Assembly: GCA_002269645.1 (NCBI GenBank)
Contig: NIVC01002651.1
Coordinates: 1 to 64,000 of the forward strand
Direction: 5' to 3'
Length of the DNA stretch: 64,000 nucleotides
DNA from: Macrostomum lignano
Lineage: Eukaryota
Shown here in pieces: positions 40,512 to 64,000 of this stretch. Numbering within the stretch: position 1 is the stretch's first letter; every line of letters starts with the position of its first letter. The translations under genes and the position numbers were made by a program. The notes under the pieces were generated by a model that saw only the letters and a list, made by a program, of their open reading frames with translations, was not told the origin of the DNA and did not search any database.

Positions 40512-41946
40512 CCCTCACTATCTAGACTGAAATCCGTTCTTCTGACCCTCACTATCTAGACTGAAATCCGTTTTTCTGACCCTGACTATCTAGACTGCAA
40601 TCCGTCCTCCTGACCCTCACTATCTAGACTGCAATCCGTCCTCCTGACCCTCACTATCTAGACTGAAAGCCGTCCTCCTGACCCTCACTATCTAGACTGA
40701 AACCCGTCCTCCTGACCTTCACTATCTAGACTGAAACCCACCCTCCTGACCCTCACTATCTAGACTGCAATCCGCCCTCCTGACCCTCACTATCTAGACT
40801 GAAATCCGTCCTCCTGACCCTCACTATCTAGACTGCAATCCGCCCTCCTGACCCTCACTATCTAGACTGAAACCCGCCCTCCTGACCCTCACTATCTAGA
40901 CTGAAACCCGCCCTCCTGACCCTCACTATCTAGACTGAAATCCGCCCTCCTGACCCTCACTATCTAGACTGAAATCCGCCCTCCTGACCCTCACTATCTA
41001 GACTGAAATCCGCCCTCCTGACCCTCACTATCTAGACTGCAATCCGCCCTCCTGACCCTCACTATCTAGACTGAAACCCGCCCTCCTGACCCTCACTATC
41101 TAGACTGCAATCCGCCCTCCTGACCCTCACTATCTAGACTGCAATCCGCCCTCCTGACCCTCACTATCTAGACTGAAACCCGCCCTCCTGACCCTCACTA
41201 TCTAGACTGCAATCCGCCCTCCTGACCCTCACTATCTAGACTGAAATCCGTTCTTCTGACCCTCACTATCTAGACTGCAATCCGTCCTCCTGACCCTCAC
41301 TATCTAGACTGAAATCCGCCCTCCTGACCCTCACTATCTAGACTGCAATCCGCCCTCCTGACCCTCACTATCTAGACTGAAACCCGTCCTCCTGACCCTC
41401 ACTATCTAGACTGCAATCCGCCCTCCTGACCCTCACTATCTAGACTGAAATCCGTTCTTCTGACCCTCACTATCTAGACTGCAATCCGTCCTCCTGACCC
41501 TCACTATCTAGACTGCAATCCGCCCTTCTGACCCTCACTATCTAGACTGAAATCCGTTCTTCTGACCCTCACTATCTAGACTGCAATCCGTCCTCCTGAC
41601 CCTCACTATCTAGACTGCAATCCGTCCTCCTGACCCTCACTATCTAGACTGCAATCCGTCCTCCTGACCCTCACTATCTAGACTGCAATCCGCCCTTCTG
41701 ACCCTCACTATCTAGACTGAAATCCGTTCTTCTGACCCTCACTATCTAGACTGCAATCCGTCCTCCTGACCCTCACTATCTAGACTGCAATCCGCCCTTC
41801 TGACCCTCACTATCTAGACTGCAATCCGTCCTCCTGACCCTCACTATCTAGACTGCAATCCGCCCTTCTGACCCTCACTATCTAGACTGAAACCCGTCCT
41901 CCTGACCCTCACTATCTAGACTGAAACCCGTCCTCCTGACCCTCAC
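40512..41946. repeat. Minisatellite, 34 bp unit (TGACCCTCACTATCTAGACTGMAATCCGYCCTCC)
   Basis: About 42 copies downstream of copy 3. Confidence 0.95.
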
Positions 41947-42597
41947 CAGACTGTAATGCCCCTTCTCTGCCCAAGCTACTTGTATGCATAGTTTTTTACT
42001 TTTACCACTTCGTTCATAAATTCTACTTTGAAAAATAGCTCACACAAGTCATTGCACGCTAAAAGCTAAGTTCTCGCACAAAATGTTTGTCGCGGGTAGC
42101 TTTGTCGGTCTTCTACTAGCCAATGAATAGTATTTGAGCTCCAATTTAAGAGAGAGCATTCACGACTTGAAAAGCGTGACAGGATGCGAGAGCCAGACGA
42201 AAGAGGCTCAGGCTTGAGGGTTGCCGCTTTTAGAGCGAATAGAAAGTATTTTTAAATCTTCGTTCACAAGCTTGGCTTCTACTGTATATTTTTGGAAGAT
42301 TATTAGGTTGTAGCTGAACTTATTTCATCAGCCTCGTTGCTGCGATCAACGGATTCAAACTTGTCAATCAGTGAACTTTTAAATGTAATAAAAGTTCCTA
42401 GACTTTCTCTACTAGAGAATCTGGAAATTCTGACTGACTAGGATTCTTTTGTCAATTTCTACCATACCCTTGAGCTCACTTCCTTGGGGTAATTCGCTTT
42501 GTAAAGTAATTTAGCTAGCTCTCATGTATTCTCATTCATCTGCATTTGATCACCGCACACTGTGAGTGCAGGATTAGAAATCCCGAAAGAGTGATTG

Positions 42598-42988
42598 TGC
42601 AGGATTTATTATGTCTATAGTCAAACCTCCCCCGGAGCGTGCAGGATTGATTATGTCTATGGCCAAACCTCCCCCGGAGCGTGCAGGATTGATTATGTCT
42701 ATGGCCAAACCTCCCCCGTAGCGTGCAGGATTGATTATGTCTATGGCCAAACCTCCCCCGGAGCGTGCAGGATTGATTATGTCTATGGCCAAACCTCCCC
42801 CGGAGCGTGCAGGATTGATTATGTCTATGGCCAAACCTCCCCCGGAGCGTGCAGGATTGATTATTTCTATGGCCAAACCTCGGGCCCGGAGCGTGCAGGA
42901 TTGATTATGTCTATGGCCAAACCTCGGGCCCGGAGCGTGCAGGATTGATTATATCTATGGTTAAACCTCGGCCCCGGAGCGTGTGGGA
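42598..42988. repeat. Minisatellite, 42 bp unit (GAGCGTGCAGGATTGATTATGTCTATGGCCAAACCTCCCCCG)
   Basis: About 9 copies; the last unit is split by the SINE and resumes at 43341. Confidence 0.93.
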
Positions 42989-43340
42989 TTTTTTTATTAG
43001 AGGCAGGGGGTTGTGTGCACCCTGGCGTACTTTAAGCGACATTGTCGCACAACCGGCGAGAGGCATTACTGCCCATTCCGCCGACTCCCCTGAGAAGGCA
43101 CACAAGCGCGCGGATACGTAAGCAGTCATACGCACAGGCAAACACTCACACAGGAGTGTACAGCGGCCCTAACTTTATTTATCGTTTATCGGGGTTTGGC
43201 CCTCAAGGCCGTTAGTTGCACGAGCAGAGCCAAGCCGAGGTTCCAATTTAGCCCCAATTCAATGTGACTGCACTTGGAATCGAGCATGGGGTCGCTGGCA
43301 CATCAGAGCGCCGCGCCAGACCACTGGGCTACGACCCCCT
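42989..43340 (-). mobile_element. tRNA-derived SINE, second and longer copy of the family at 12132
   Basis: The reverse complement aligns with 12132-12454 (A box TAGCCCAGTGG, B box GCTCGATTCC, shared body). It continues about 40 nt further to ...CCTCTAATAAAAAAA. Imperfect TSD gcgtgtggga/gcgtgcgggt. Confidence 0.88.
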
Positions 43341-43944
43341 GCGTGCGGGTTTGATTTCGTCTATGGCCAAACCACCCGAGATAGTGCAGGATTGATTATG
43401 TCCATGGGTTAGCCTCATCAGACTCAGGCTCTCGCAAGGCTCTCTCTGTCTATATTATCAATGAAAACCTTTCATTCCAGTAGTCATTTGGCCATTGGTT
43501 GTCATGTAATTAATTTACCAGTGCTAAAGCTAAATTATTCTATGATATTGTCAGCCAATAAGAATGGATGAGAAGCCACCGGGACATTATTGAGCAGCTG
43601 AGCATTCACTCTAGCTTTTCAATTTAAGTCCTCCCAGATGCGCACAATCCCGCCAATAAATAACTCAACGACATTCAATAGCAGAGAATTTTTCGCTAAA
43701 GAAAAAAATAGTAACAGGCCATAATAAAACTTTTGCCTGAAAGGCGATTCCAGATACCCGACAGATAGCATCTGCTATCCGCACCGCTGCCAACGGGAAG
43801 GCAAAGTCAAGCAAGTCACAATACAGACGACTCAGGCTTCACCTACACAGTATCTGGGATAAATAGAGAGAAAGTCATCCGTTCCCCCTTCAACTCCGGC
43901 TGCGATGCCAAAAGATTAATTGGCCTTGCCGTGCGACCGTCGGA

Positions 43945-43950
<6 letters not shown>

Positions 43951-43999
<49 letters not shown>
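43951..43999 (+). repeat. (AG)n microsatellite about 90 bp upstream of the BAMBI-like start codon
   Basis: About 24 AG units. Confidence 0.95.
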
Positions 44000-44001
<2 letters not shown>

Positions 44002-44087
44002 CACAGCAGCAGCAATCTATTAAAAAGCGGAGCAGCAGAGAAGGATCAGATTCAATCATTCTTAGAATTCCCAGCTGCGGAGACCCG

Positions 44088-46903
44088 ATGCCGAGACCAA
44101 CCAGTTCCAGGCTGATGCACCTGCTGGCAGTGCTCATCGTCGGCTGCGGCGCCTCAGCCCTACTCTGTGAGTCCTGGAAGCTCAACCCTCAAAAAATGCC
44201 TAAAATCTCAGCTTGGGAGAAGTTGCATAGAGGACGCTGTTTCCGCTAGGTGGACTTGCAAGATTTCCCGTCGCACAGCTCAACCAAGGCGTGAGACATA
44301 CCTTCACCTCTGGCTTTACTCTGTAGAATTAAGGAACAGGATTAGAATGGTGCAGATCGCTTGGTTCCTGAGGCTGGTATGCGAGGGCGGCCAGGCGTGA
44401 GAGAGTAGGAATGTCTGCGCGGGAGGTGAGCCTATCTTTGTTAAGTCGCTGACGCCCTGTAGAGTTTGTTTTTCTGCTGAATTTTGTCACGGCGGCTGCT
44501 TCAGCACCTCTCTCAGCCCCGGCTCGCTCTCCGGCTCATGCTATTGAACAGGCTGCAGAGCAAAGTTAATGGAGAAGCTCTGGGAAAGCAGTTCAGAGAG
44601 GAGTTGAGAAGTAGGGACCGAGAGCAGTGCTCTCTTGGCTAGGGTGGGTCGGGCGGGCGGCATCCGCTTAGCGGAAGACGGCTTGGAAGGCTTGGGCTCC
44701 CTGCCTGATGCAAGCTGGCGCTCTGCGGCCGGTCTTCTTCTTTTTCTGTGTTTCTTTCTGTTGCTTCGCCTTTCTTTTTGGCTCATCTGTCTCGCTGTGC
44801 AGCACCCTCCACACTGCAGCACCCTCCTATCCTACAGCACCCTCCTATCCTACAGCACCCTCCACACTGCAGCACCCTCCTATCCTACAGCACCCTCCTA
44901 TCCTACAGCACCCTCCACACTGCAGCACCCTCCTATCCTACAGCACCCTTCAATCCTACTGCACCCTTCAATCCTACAGCACCCTTCAATCCTACGGCAC
45001 CCTCCTATCCTACAGCACCCTCCTATCCTGCAGCACCCTCCTATCCTACAGCACCTTCCTATCCCCACAGCACCCTCCTATCCTACAGCACCCTCCTATC
45101 CTACAGCACCCTCCTATTCCCACAGCACCTTTCAATCATACAGCACCCTCCTATCCTACAGCACCCTCCTATCCTACAGCACCCTCCTATCCTACAGCAC
45201 CCTCCTATCCTACAGCACCCTCCTATCCCCACAGCACCTTTCAATCATACAGCACCCTCCTATCCTACAGCACCCTCCACACTGCAGCACCCTCCTATCC
45301 TACAGCACCCTCCACACTGCAGCACCCTCCTATCCTACAGCACCCTCCTATCCTACAGCACCCTTCTATCCTACAGCACCCTCCACACTGCAGCACCCTC
45401 CTATCCTACAGCACCCTCCTATCCTACAGCACCCTCCTATCCTACAGCACCCTCCTATCCTACAGCACCCTCCTATCCTACAGCACCCTCCTATCCTACA
45501 GCACCCTCCTATCCTACAGCACCTTCCTATCCCCACAGCACCCTCCTATCCTACAGCACCCTCCTATCCTACAGCACCCTCCTATCCTACAGCACCCTCC
45601 TATCCTACAGCACCCTCCTATCCTACAGCACCCTCCTATCCTACAGCACCCTCCTATCCTACAGCACCCTCCTATCCTACAGCACCCTCCTATCCTACAG
45701 CACCCTCCTACGGCACCTTCCTATCCCCACAGCACCCTCCTATTCTTTTCTCGCTACTCGCTAGTAGTCAGTCTATAATTCAGCATCCTTCGCTGTATCT
45801 TCAGCAAACTCGGCAGGATTCGAACCCACGACCTGCGCCTGCACAACCGCGGACTGCATCGGGGCGGGCACGGACATCTGCCGAGCTCCGCAGCTCTGCT
45901 ACAGCCGGCTGAAGGCATTCAGCGGAGGCTCGCCAGAACCGCTTGACAAAGGCTGCGTGCTCAGCAGCAAGGATCAGGGAGCCTGCAGTCTAGACGAGCC
46001 TGTGAAGGACTCGGAAGGGGCCTTCCTGGTCTGCTGCTCGGGCTCCTGGTGCAACAGCAAGCCGTCTGAGATGATGCCCACCCTGCCGGGCCAAGCCGGT
46101 GAGTGGCGCCTGACCAAATGCATATCCCGACTTGTCCTTAGCTGGCAGAATGCATAACCTGGCCTGTCCTTAGCTGGCAGAATGCATAACCTGGCCTGTC
46201 CTTAGCTGGCAGAATGCATAACCTGGCCTGTCCTTAGCTGGCAGAATGCATAACCTGGCCTGTCCTTAGCTGGCAGAATGCATAACCTGGCCTGTCCTTA
46301 GCTGGCAGAATGCATAACCTGGCCTGTCCTTAGCTGGCAGAATGCATAACCTGGCCTGTCCTTAGCTGGCAGAATGCTCAGCTTGACTTGTCCGCCCTTC
46401 CGCCAGCCGTCTCAGGCCCCAGCCAGGCTCTGCACTCAACAGTCACAAAGCAGATTCTGCAGCCATCTGCAACACCAGCGATGACGTCTCCCACTGCAGC
46501 AAGCAGCAGCACCTCGGCGTCAACCACGGAGACTCTGCAGCAGCTGCGGCATCGCCGACCGATTCCGCAGTCGCCGAGAGTTGCCGACGGCAGTCTGGAC
46601 GGCAGCGCGGCAATCTTGGCCACCGGACTGACCGCGGTGCTGCTGGGCATAACTGTGGCAGTCGCCGCTGCTGCCCTGCTGGTCCTGCTGGTCAGGCGTC
46701 GCCAACAAAGCCGGCGGCATCAACGACACGACCGGAGTCAGGAGGCCGAGCTGGAGGCCGCTGCCCAGCAGCTGCCGATGCCGGAGTCGCCGACTCTGTC
46801 GCAGTTGGCTCAGTTTGACCTGCACTACAGGAACAGCCTGGCTGAGCAGCTCTGCTCACCGCTGCCAGCAAGGACTCAAGCCAAGCTGGATGCGGTCTAT
46901 TGA
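44088..46903 (+). CDS. BAMBI: BAMBI-like TGF-beta/BMP pseudoreceptor, 3 exons, about 289 aa, no kinase domain
   Basis: Exons 44088-44166, 45805-46098 and 46407-46903 (phase 1/1). Signal peptide MHLLAVLIVGCGASALL. Activin-receptor-type ectodomain CACTTADC..C..LCYSRL..PEPLDKGC..C..VCCSGSWCN, compared by recall with BAMBI CYC..C..C..CFSRL..SPLTHGC..CC..MCN. S/T stalk, TM helix followed by RRR, and a short tail. Confidence 0.8.
44806..45742 (+). repeat. BAMBI-like intron-1 minisatellite, 17-18 bp unit (CAGCACCCTCCTATCCTA)
   Basis: About 52 copies; this explains three overlapping spurious ORFs. Confidence 0.95.
46133..46376 (+). repeat. BAMBI-like intron-2 minisatellite, 32 bp unit (GTCCTTAGCTGGCAGAATGCATAACCTGGCCT)
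   Basis: About 7.5 near-perfect copies filling most of a 308 bp intron. Confidence 0.95.
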
Positions 46904-47504
46904 ATCAGATTTGCCCGCCCCGTCTTAGTCTACTATTCTCCTTAGTGTAAATTAATCACAAAATAGCGTATAAAATTCAGCAATGTTTACAAAGCTACTA
47001 TAAGTAGTTTAAAAGATGCGAATTTGAAATTTTTAGCAAAAATGAACTAATTTAATCGTATGTAAATAATTTATATGCCAATAAATTGGAAATATAACGT
47101 CAATTATGTTTTCTGGTTATATCGAAATTATTGTGTTTGTTATAATAGAGATTTTGGAAATTTTCAGAAAATATCCCGTCTCACTGATGTATTTTGAAGC
47201 TCCAGTGAAATTTGCACGAATTGAGAGTGTAGTTAAAATTTAATTGGAACGAAGAGGGTAGAGAACATCGAGAGACCTGCTTGACCATCTCTTGAACTCA
47301 TTCTGAACAATTTCTGCAGGTGCTGCATGACGCACTGTGGTGATTAAATATGCAGACCACCCTTGCTCATGCAAATTCATTTAGATAGCAATCTGCACCA
47401 GTGTTTTGTAGCAGCCGACCAGAGCCCACTGTCTGGCACGATATTGTTGTGTCTTGTCAGAGCTGCGCGTGAATCACGTGGACACATCTCTTTAGCGTGG
47501 ACAA

Positions 47505-48070
47505 AAGCACTAAACGAGGACACAAACAATCACTAAATGAGGTCAGACACAAGCACTAAATGAGGACACAAACAAGCACTAAATGAGGACACAAGCAGGC
47601 ACTAAATGAGGACAAAAAACACTATAAGCGAGGACACAAACAAGCACTAAATGAGGGCGCAAACGCTAAGCGAAGACACAAGCAAGCCCTTAAACGAAGA
47701 CAACAAACAAGTACTAAACGAAGATAACAAACAAGTACTAAACGAAGATAACAAACAAGTACTAAACGAAGACAACAAACAAGTACTAAACGAAGACAAC
47801 AAACAAGTACTAAACGAAGACAACAAACAAGTACTAAATGAAGACAACAAACAAGTACTAAATGAAGACAACAAACAAGTACTAAATGAAGACAACAAAC
47901 AAGTACTAAACGAAGACAACAAACAAGTACTAAATGAAGACAACAAACAAGTACTAAATGAAGACAACAAACAAGTACTAAATGAAAACAACAAGCAAGT
48001 ACTAAATGAAGACAACAAACAAGTACTAAATGAGGACACAGACAAGTACTAAATAAGGACACAAACAAGC
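47505..48070. repeat. Minisatellite, 24 bp unit (AACAAACAAGTACTAAATGAAGAC)
   Basis: A homogeneous core with diverged flanking units, lying between the convergent BAMBI-like and CUB genes. Confidence 0.93.
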
Positions 48071-48489
48071 ACAAATTATTATGATATTAAGCCACCAGTG
48101 TATTGCCATTGGTTCCGACTAATATATTTACAGAACACTTGCTTATGCCATTATAATAATGCATGGAATTCCGATAAAAATTGAAACTGTGTGTACAGCC
48201 ACTCGTAGAAATCGCAGATAAGAATTTTAGCAAAGAAATAACGCCAACGGAAATTAGTTCACACGGTACGCTGCTCTCAGGAAAATTTGTTAGGGCAACG
48301 AGAAGCTGACTGGGCGAGAGCAATGATGATGGGCTTAACTTCGAATACTCTTCTTCTGGGTGCCGAATAAATAACTGATTTGCTAATTTATGATCAAGTG
48401 TACGATTGCACTGCGGCTGCCGGCTGAATAAAAGGGAAGGCACTCTGGGCAGATCTCTCGCCCTTCTCAGGCTTGCTCATATTCTTGAA

Positions 48490-48975
48490 TTGACTCAGAA
48501 CCTGACTCAGAATCTCACTCAGAATCTCACTCGGAATCTCACTCGGAATCTCACTCGGAATCTCACTCGGAATCTCGCTCGGAATCTCACTCGGAATCTC
48601 ACTCAAGCTCAGAAGCAAGTCTCACACCAAATCTTACTTGAAATCTCAACCCGAACCTCAATCAGAATCTCACTTGGAATCTCACTTGGAATCTCAATCA
48701 GAATCTCAATCAGAATCTCATTCAGAAGAATCTCACTCGGAATCTCACTCGGAATCTCACTCAAGCTCAGAAGCAAGTCTCACACCAAATGTCATGCTAA
48801 ATCTCACTCCGAATCTCACTCTAAATCTCACTCCAAATCTTACTTAAAATCTCACTCCAAATTTCACTCTAAATCTCACCTCAAATCTTACTTTAAATCT
48901 CACTCCAAATCTCACTCTAAATCTCACCTCAAATCTTACTTTAAATCACACCTCGAATCTCACTCTAAATCTCAC
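48490..48975. repeat. 12 bp degenerate repeat (GAATCTCACTCG) in the probable 3' UTR of the CUB gene
   Basis: About 40 copies with an internal 150 bp duplication (caagctcagaagcaagtctcacaccaaat at 48604 and 48762). Confidence 0.85.
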
Positions 48976-49011
48976 CCCAGATTCTCCTCACAGTCCCAGT
49001 GAGAGTCACAG

Positions 49012-62775
<13,764 letters not shown>

Positions 62776-62952
62776 CTCGCTGTCCGAAAAGCTGACCCGG
62801 CCAGCACCCAGGCACCAGCAGCAGCAGCAGGAGACTGGAGCCTAAATACCTGACAATTAAGCGCTCCGTTGATCCCTCAGAAAAATGTTCAGCAGCCTTT
62901 ATCAGGACACCCCCAGCTGGCAGCCAGCCTCCTCCCCCAGCTGCATCAATTA

Positions 62953-62985
62953 GGGATTGGCCGTGATGAGTGGCCAGCCAATCCC
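62953..62985 (-). promoter_or_regulatory. Inverted pair of CCAAT boxes about 180-210 bp upstream of the CUB gene ATG
   Basis: GGGATTGGC (62953-62961) and GCCAATCCC (62977-62985) form a perfect 9 bp inverted repeat. The promoter role is inferred from position only. Confidence 0.3.
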
Positions 62986-64000
62986 TCCACTGGGTGACTT
63001 GAAAGTTTAAAAGAAATGAAAACTCCTTATTGGTTTCTGGAGACTTTAGAATCCCCTTCAAGTTGATTTATAACAATGCGCCAGTTCTGTAGCGTCCCAT
63101 ATTTATTTATGGTTTACTGTTATATTAATAAATTATAAATTTGACAAAAAACCAGCAGCGCGTAGCAAATATAAAACAGCCAGACTGACTACTATTTAAC
63201 AGTAATACAGTTAGAATCTTACTATTAAAAGTTGATTTAAAAAAAAATAAAATACAAACGCACAGAGTAAAACAAATAGGAATTATTTTGTGCGACAGGA
63301 CTTCGATAAAGAAACATCGTGTTTGGAATGTATTAAATAAACACTACGAAATGACAGAACTATTCATTAGAATAATTACTTTATTTACAGACTAATTTGT
63401 TGAATTAATAAATATTAATAATTTATATAGTGTGCCATGAAAAAATGATTAGAATATTTATTAAAGGTAAAACTGTGCGCAAAATTGTACTTTTTTAGCA
63501 AATAAAATTAACTGTAAAAGTCCAAATATATATTATGTAAGGTGTATTGCACAGCAAAAATCAGATATGCAAAGCAAAATTGCACTTTTACTATTGCAAT
63601 AAGTACACACGAACTTAATTTAAATTCCCCTCGACGACAACCCGATTATTAATTATCAATAGTACCCGTGTTACACAATTATTGACAAAATAAAACCACA
63701 TTTGCGTGTAAGCTACTTACAGTTCAGTAGCAGGCTAAATTAAGAAGCATTTTAAATGTATTTTTAGGGTAAAAGTCTCATTTATTGGCTCTCTGACCCC
63801 CATAGCTTGAATCTCTACTCCCGTCCCACTGAAAATTTTTATTGCGTTCCTCGCTGTGTTTTCTAACCTGCCATGTACATTCTCAGTGGCACTGGCTGAT
63901 GTACATTATGACGGCTTGCGCCGCCAATAGCAAGCTGTTTATTAAGGTCTGCAAGTCACTCCAACTGGCTTTCTCTTTTCATAAAATAGCTTACGCATTA

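Noticed and set aside
40512-41946. ACCCTCACTA match to the phage T3 promoter (vector contamination)
   Set aside because: Only 10 nt match, inside a naturally diverged 34 bp repeat.
45813-45834. Perfect tRNA T-arm-like sequence on the minus strand (AGGTCGTGGGTTCGAATCCTGC)
   Set aside because: No A box, D arm or matching acceptor stem is present, and it lies within the BAMBI-like coding exon (AGFEPT). It is most likely coincidence.

Overview
This is eukaryotic (animal) genomic DNA with GT-AG introns, GC-rich exons and roughly 40% tandem repeat. The style resembles the flatworm Macrostomum, which is an inference I cannot confirm. Left to right it holds: (1) an angiomotin-like coiled-coil gene; (2) three tandem, intact, 12-exon divergent ionotropic glutamate receptor (iGluR/IR-like) genes, whose middle copy is an anti-Lepore chimera carrying the amino-terminal domain of copy 3 and the ligand-binding/channel half of copy 1; (3) a decayed BEL/Pao LTR retrotransposon inserted in a (GTTA)n satellite; (4) two copies of a tRNA-derived SINE; (5) a BAMBI-like TGF-beta pseudoreceptor gene; (6) a 10-exon minus-strand gene for a CUB-CUB-CUB-LDLa-TM protein with a PDZ-binding tail, an architecture like Neto/SOL-1/LEV-10. 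Most introns over about 300 bp carry their own minisatellite. Several of these arrays consist of tandemly duplicated splice donors or acceptors whose use would give a premature stop or frameshift. All exon models were built by hand and checked for phase consistency; no database searches were run.
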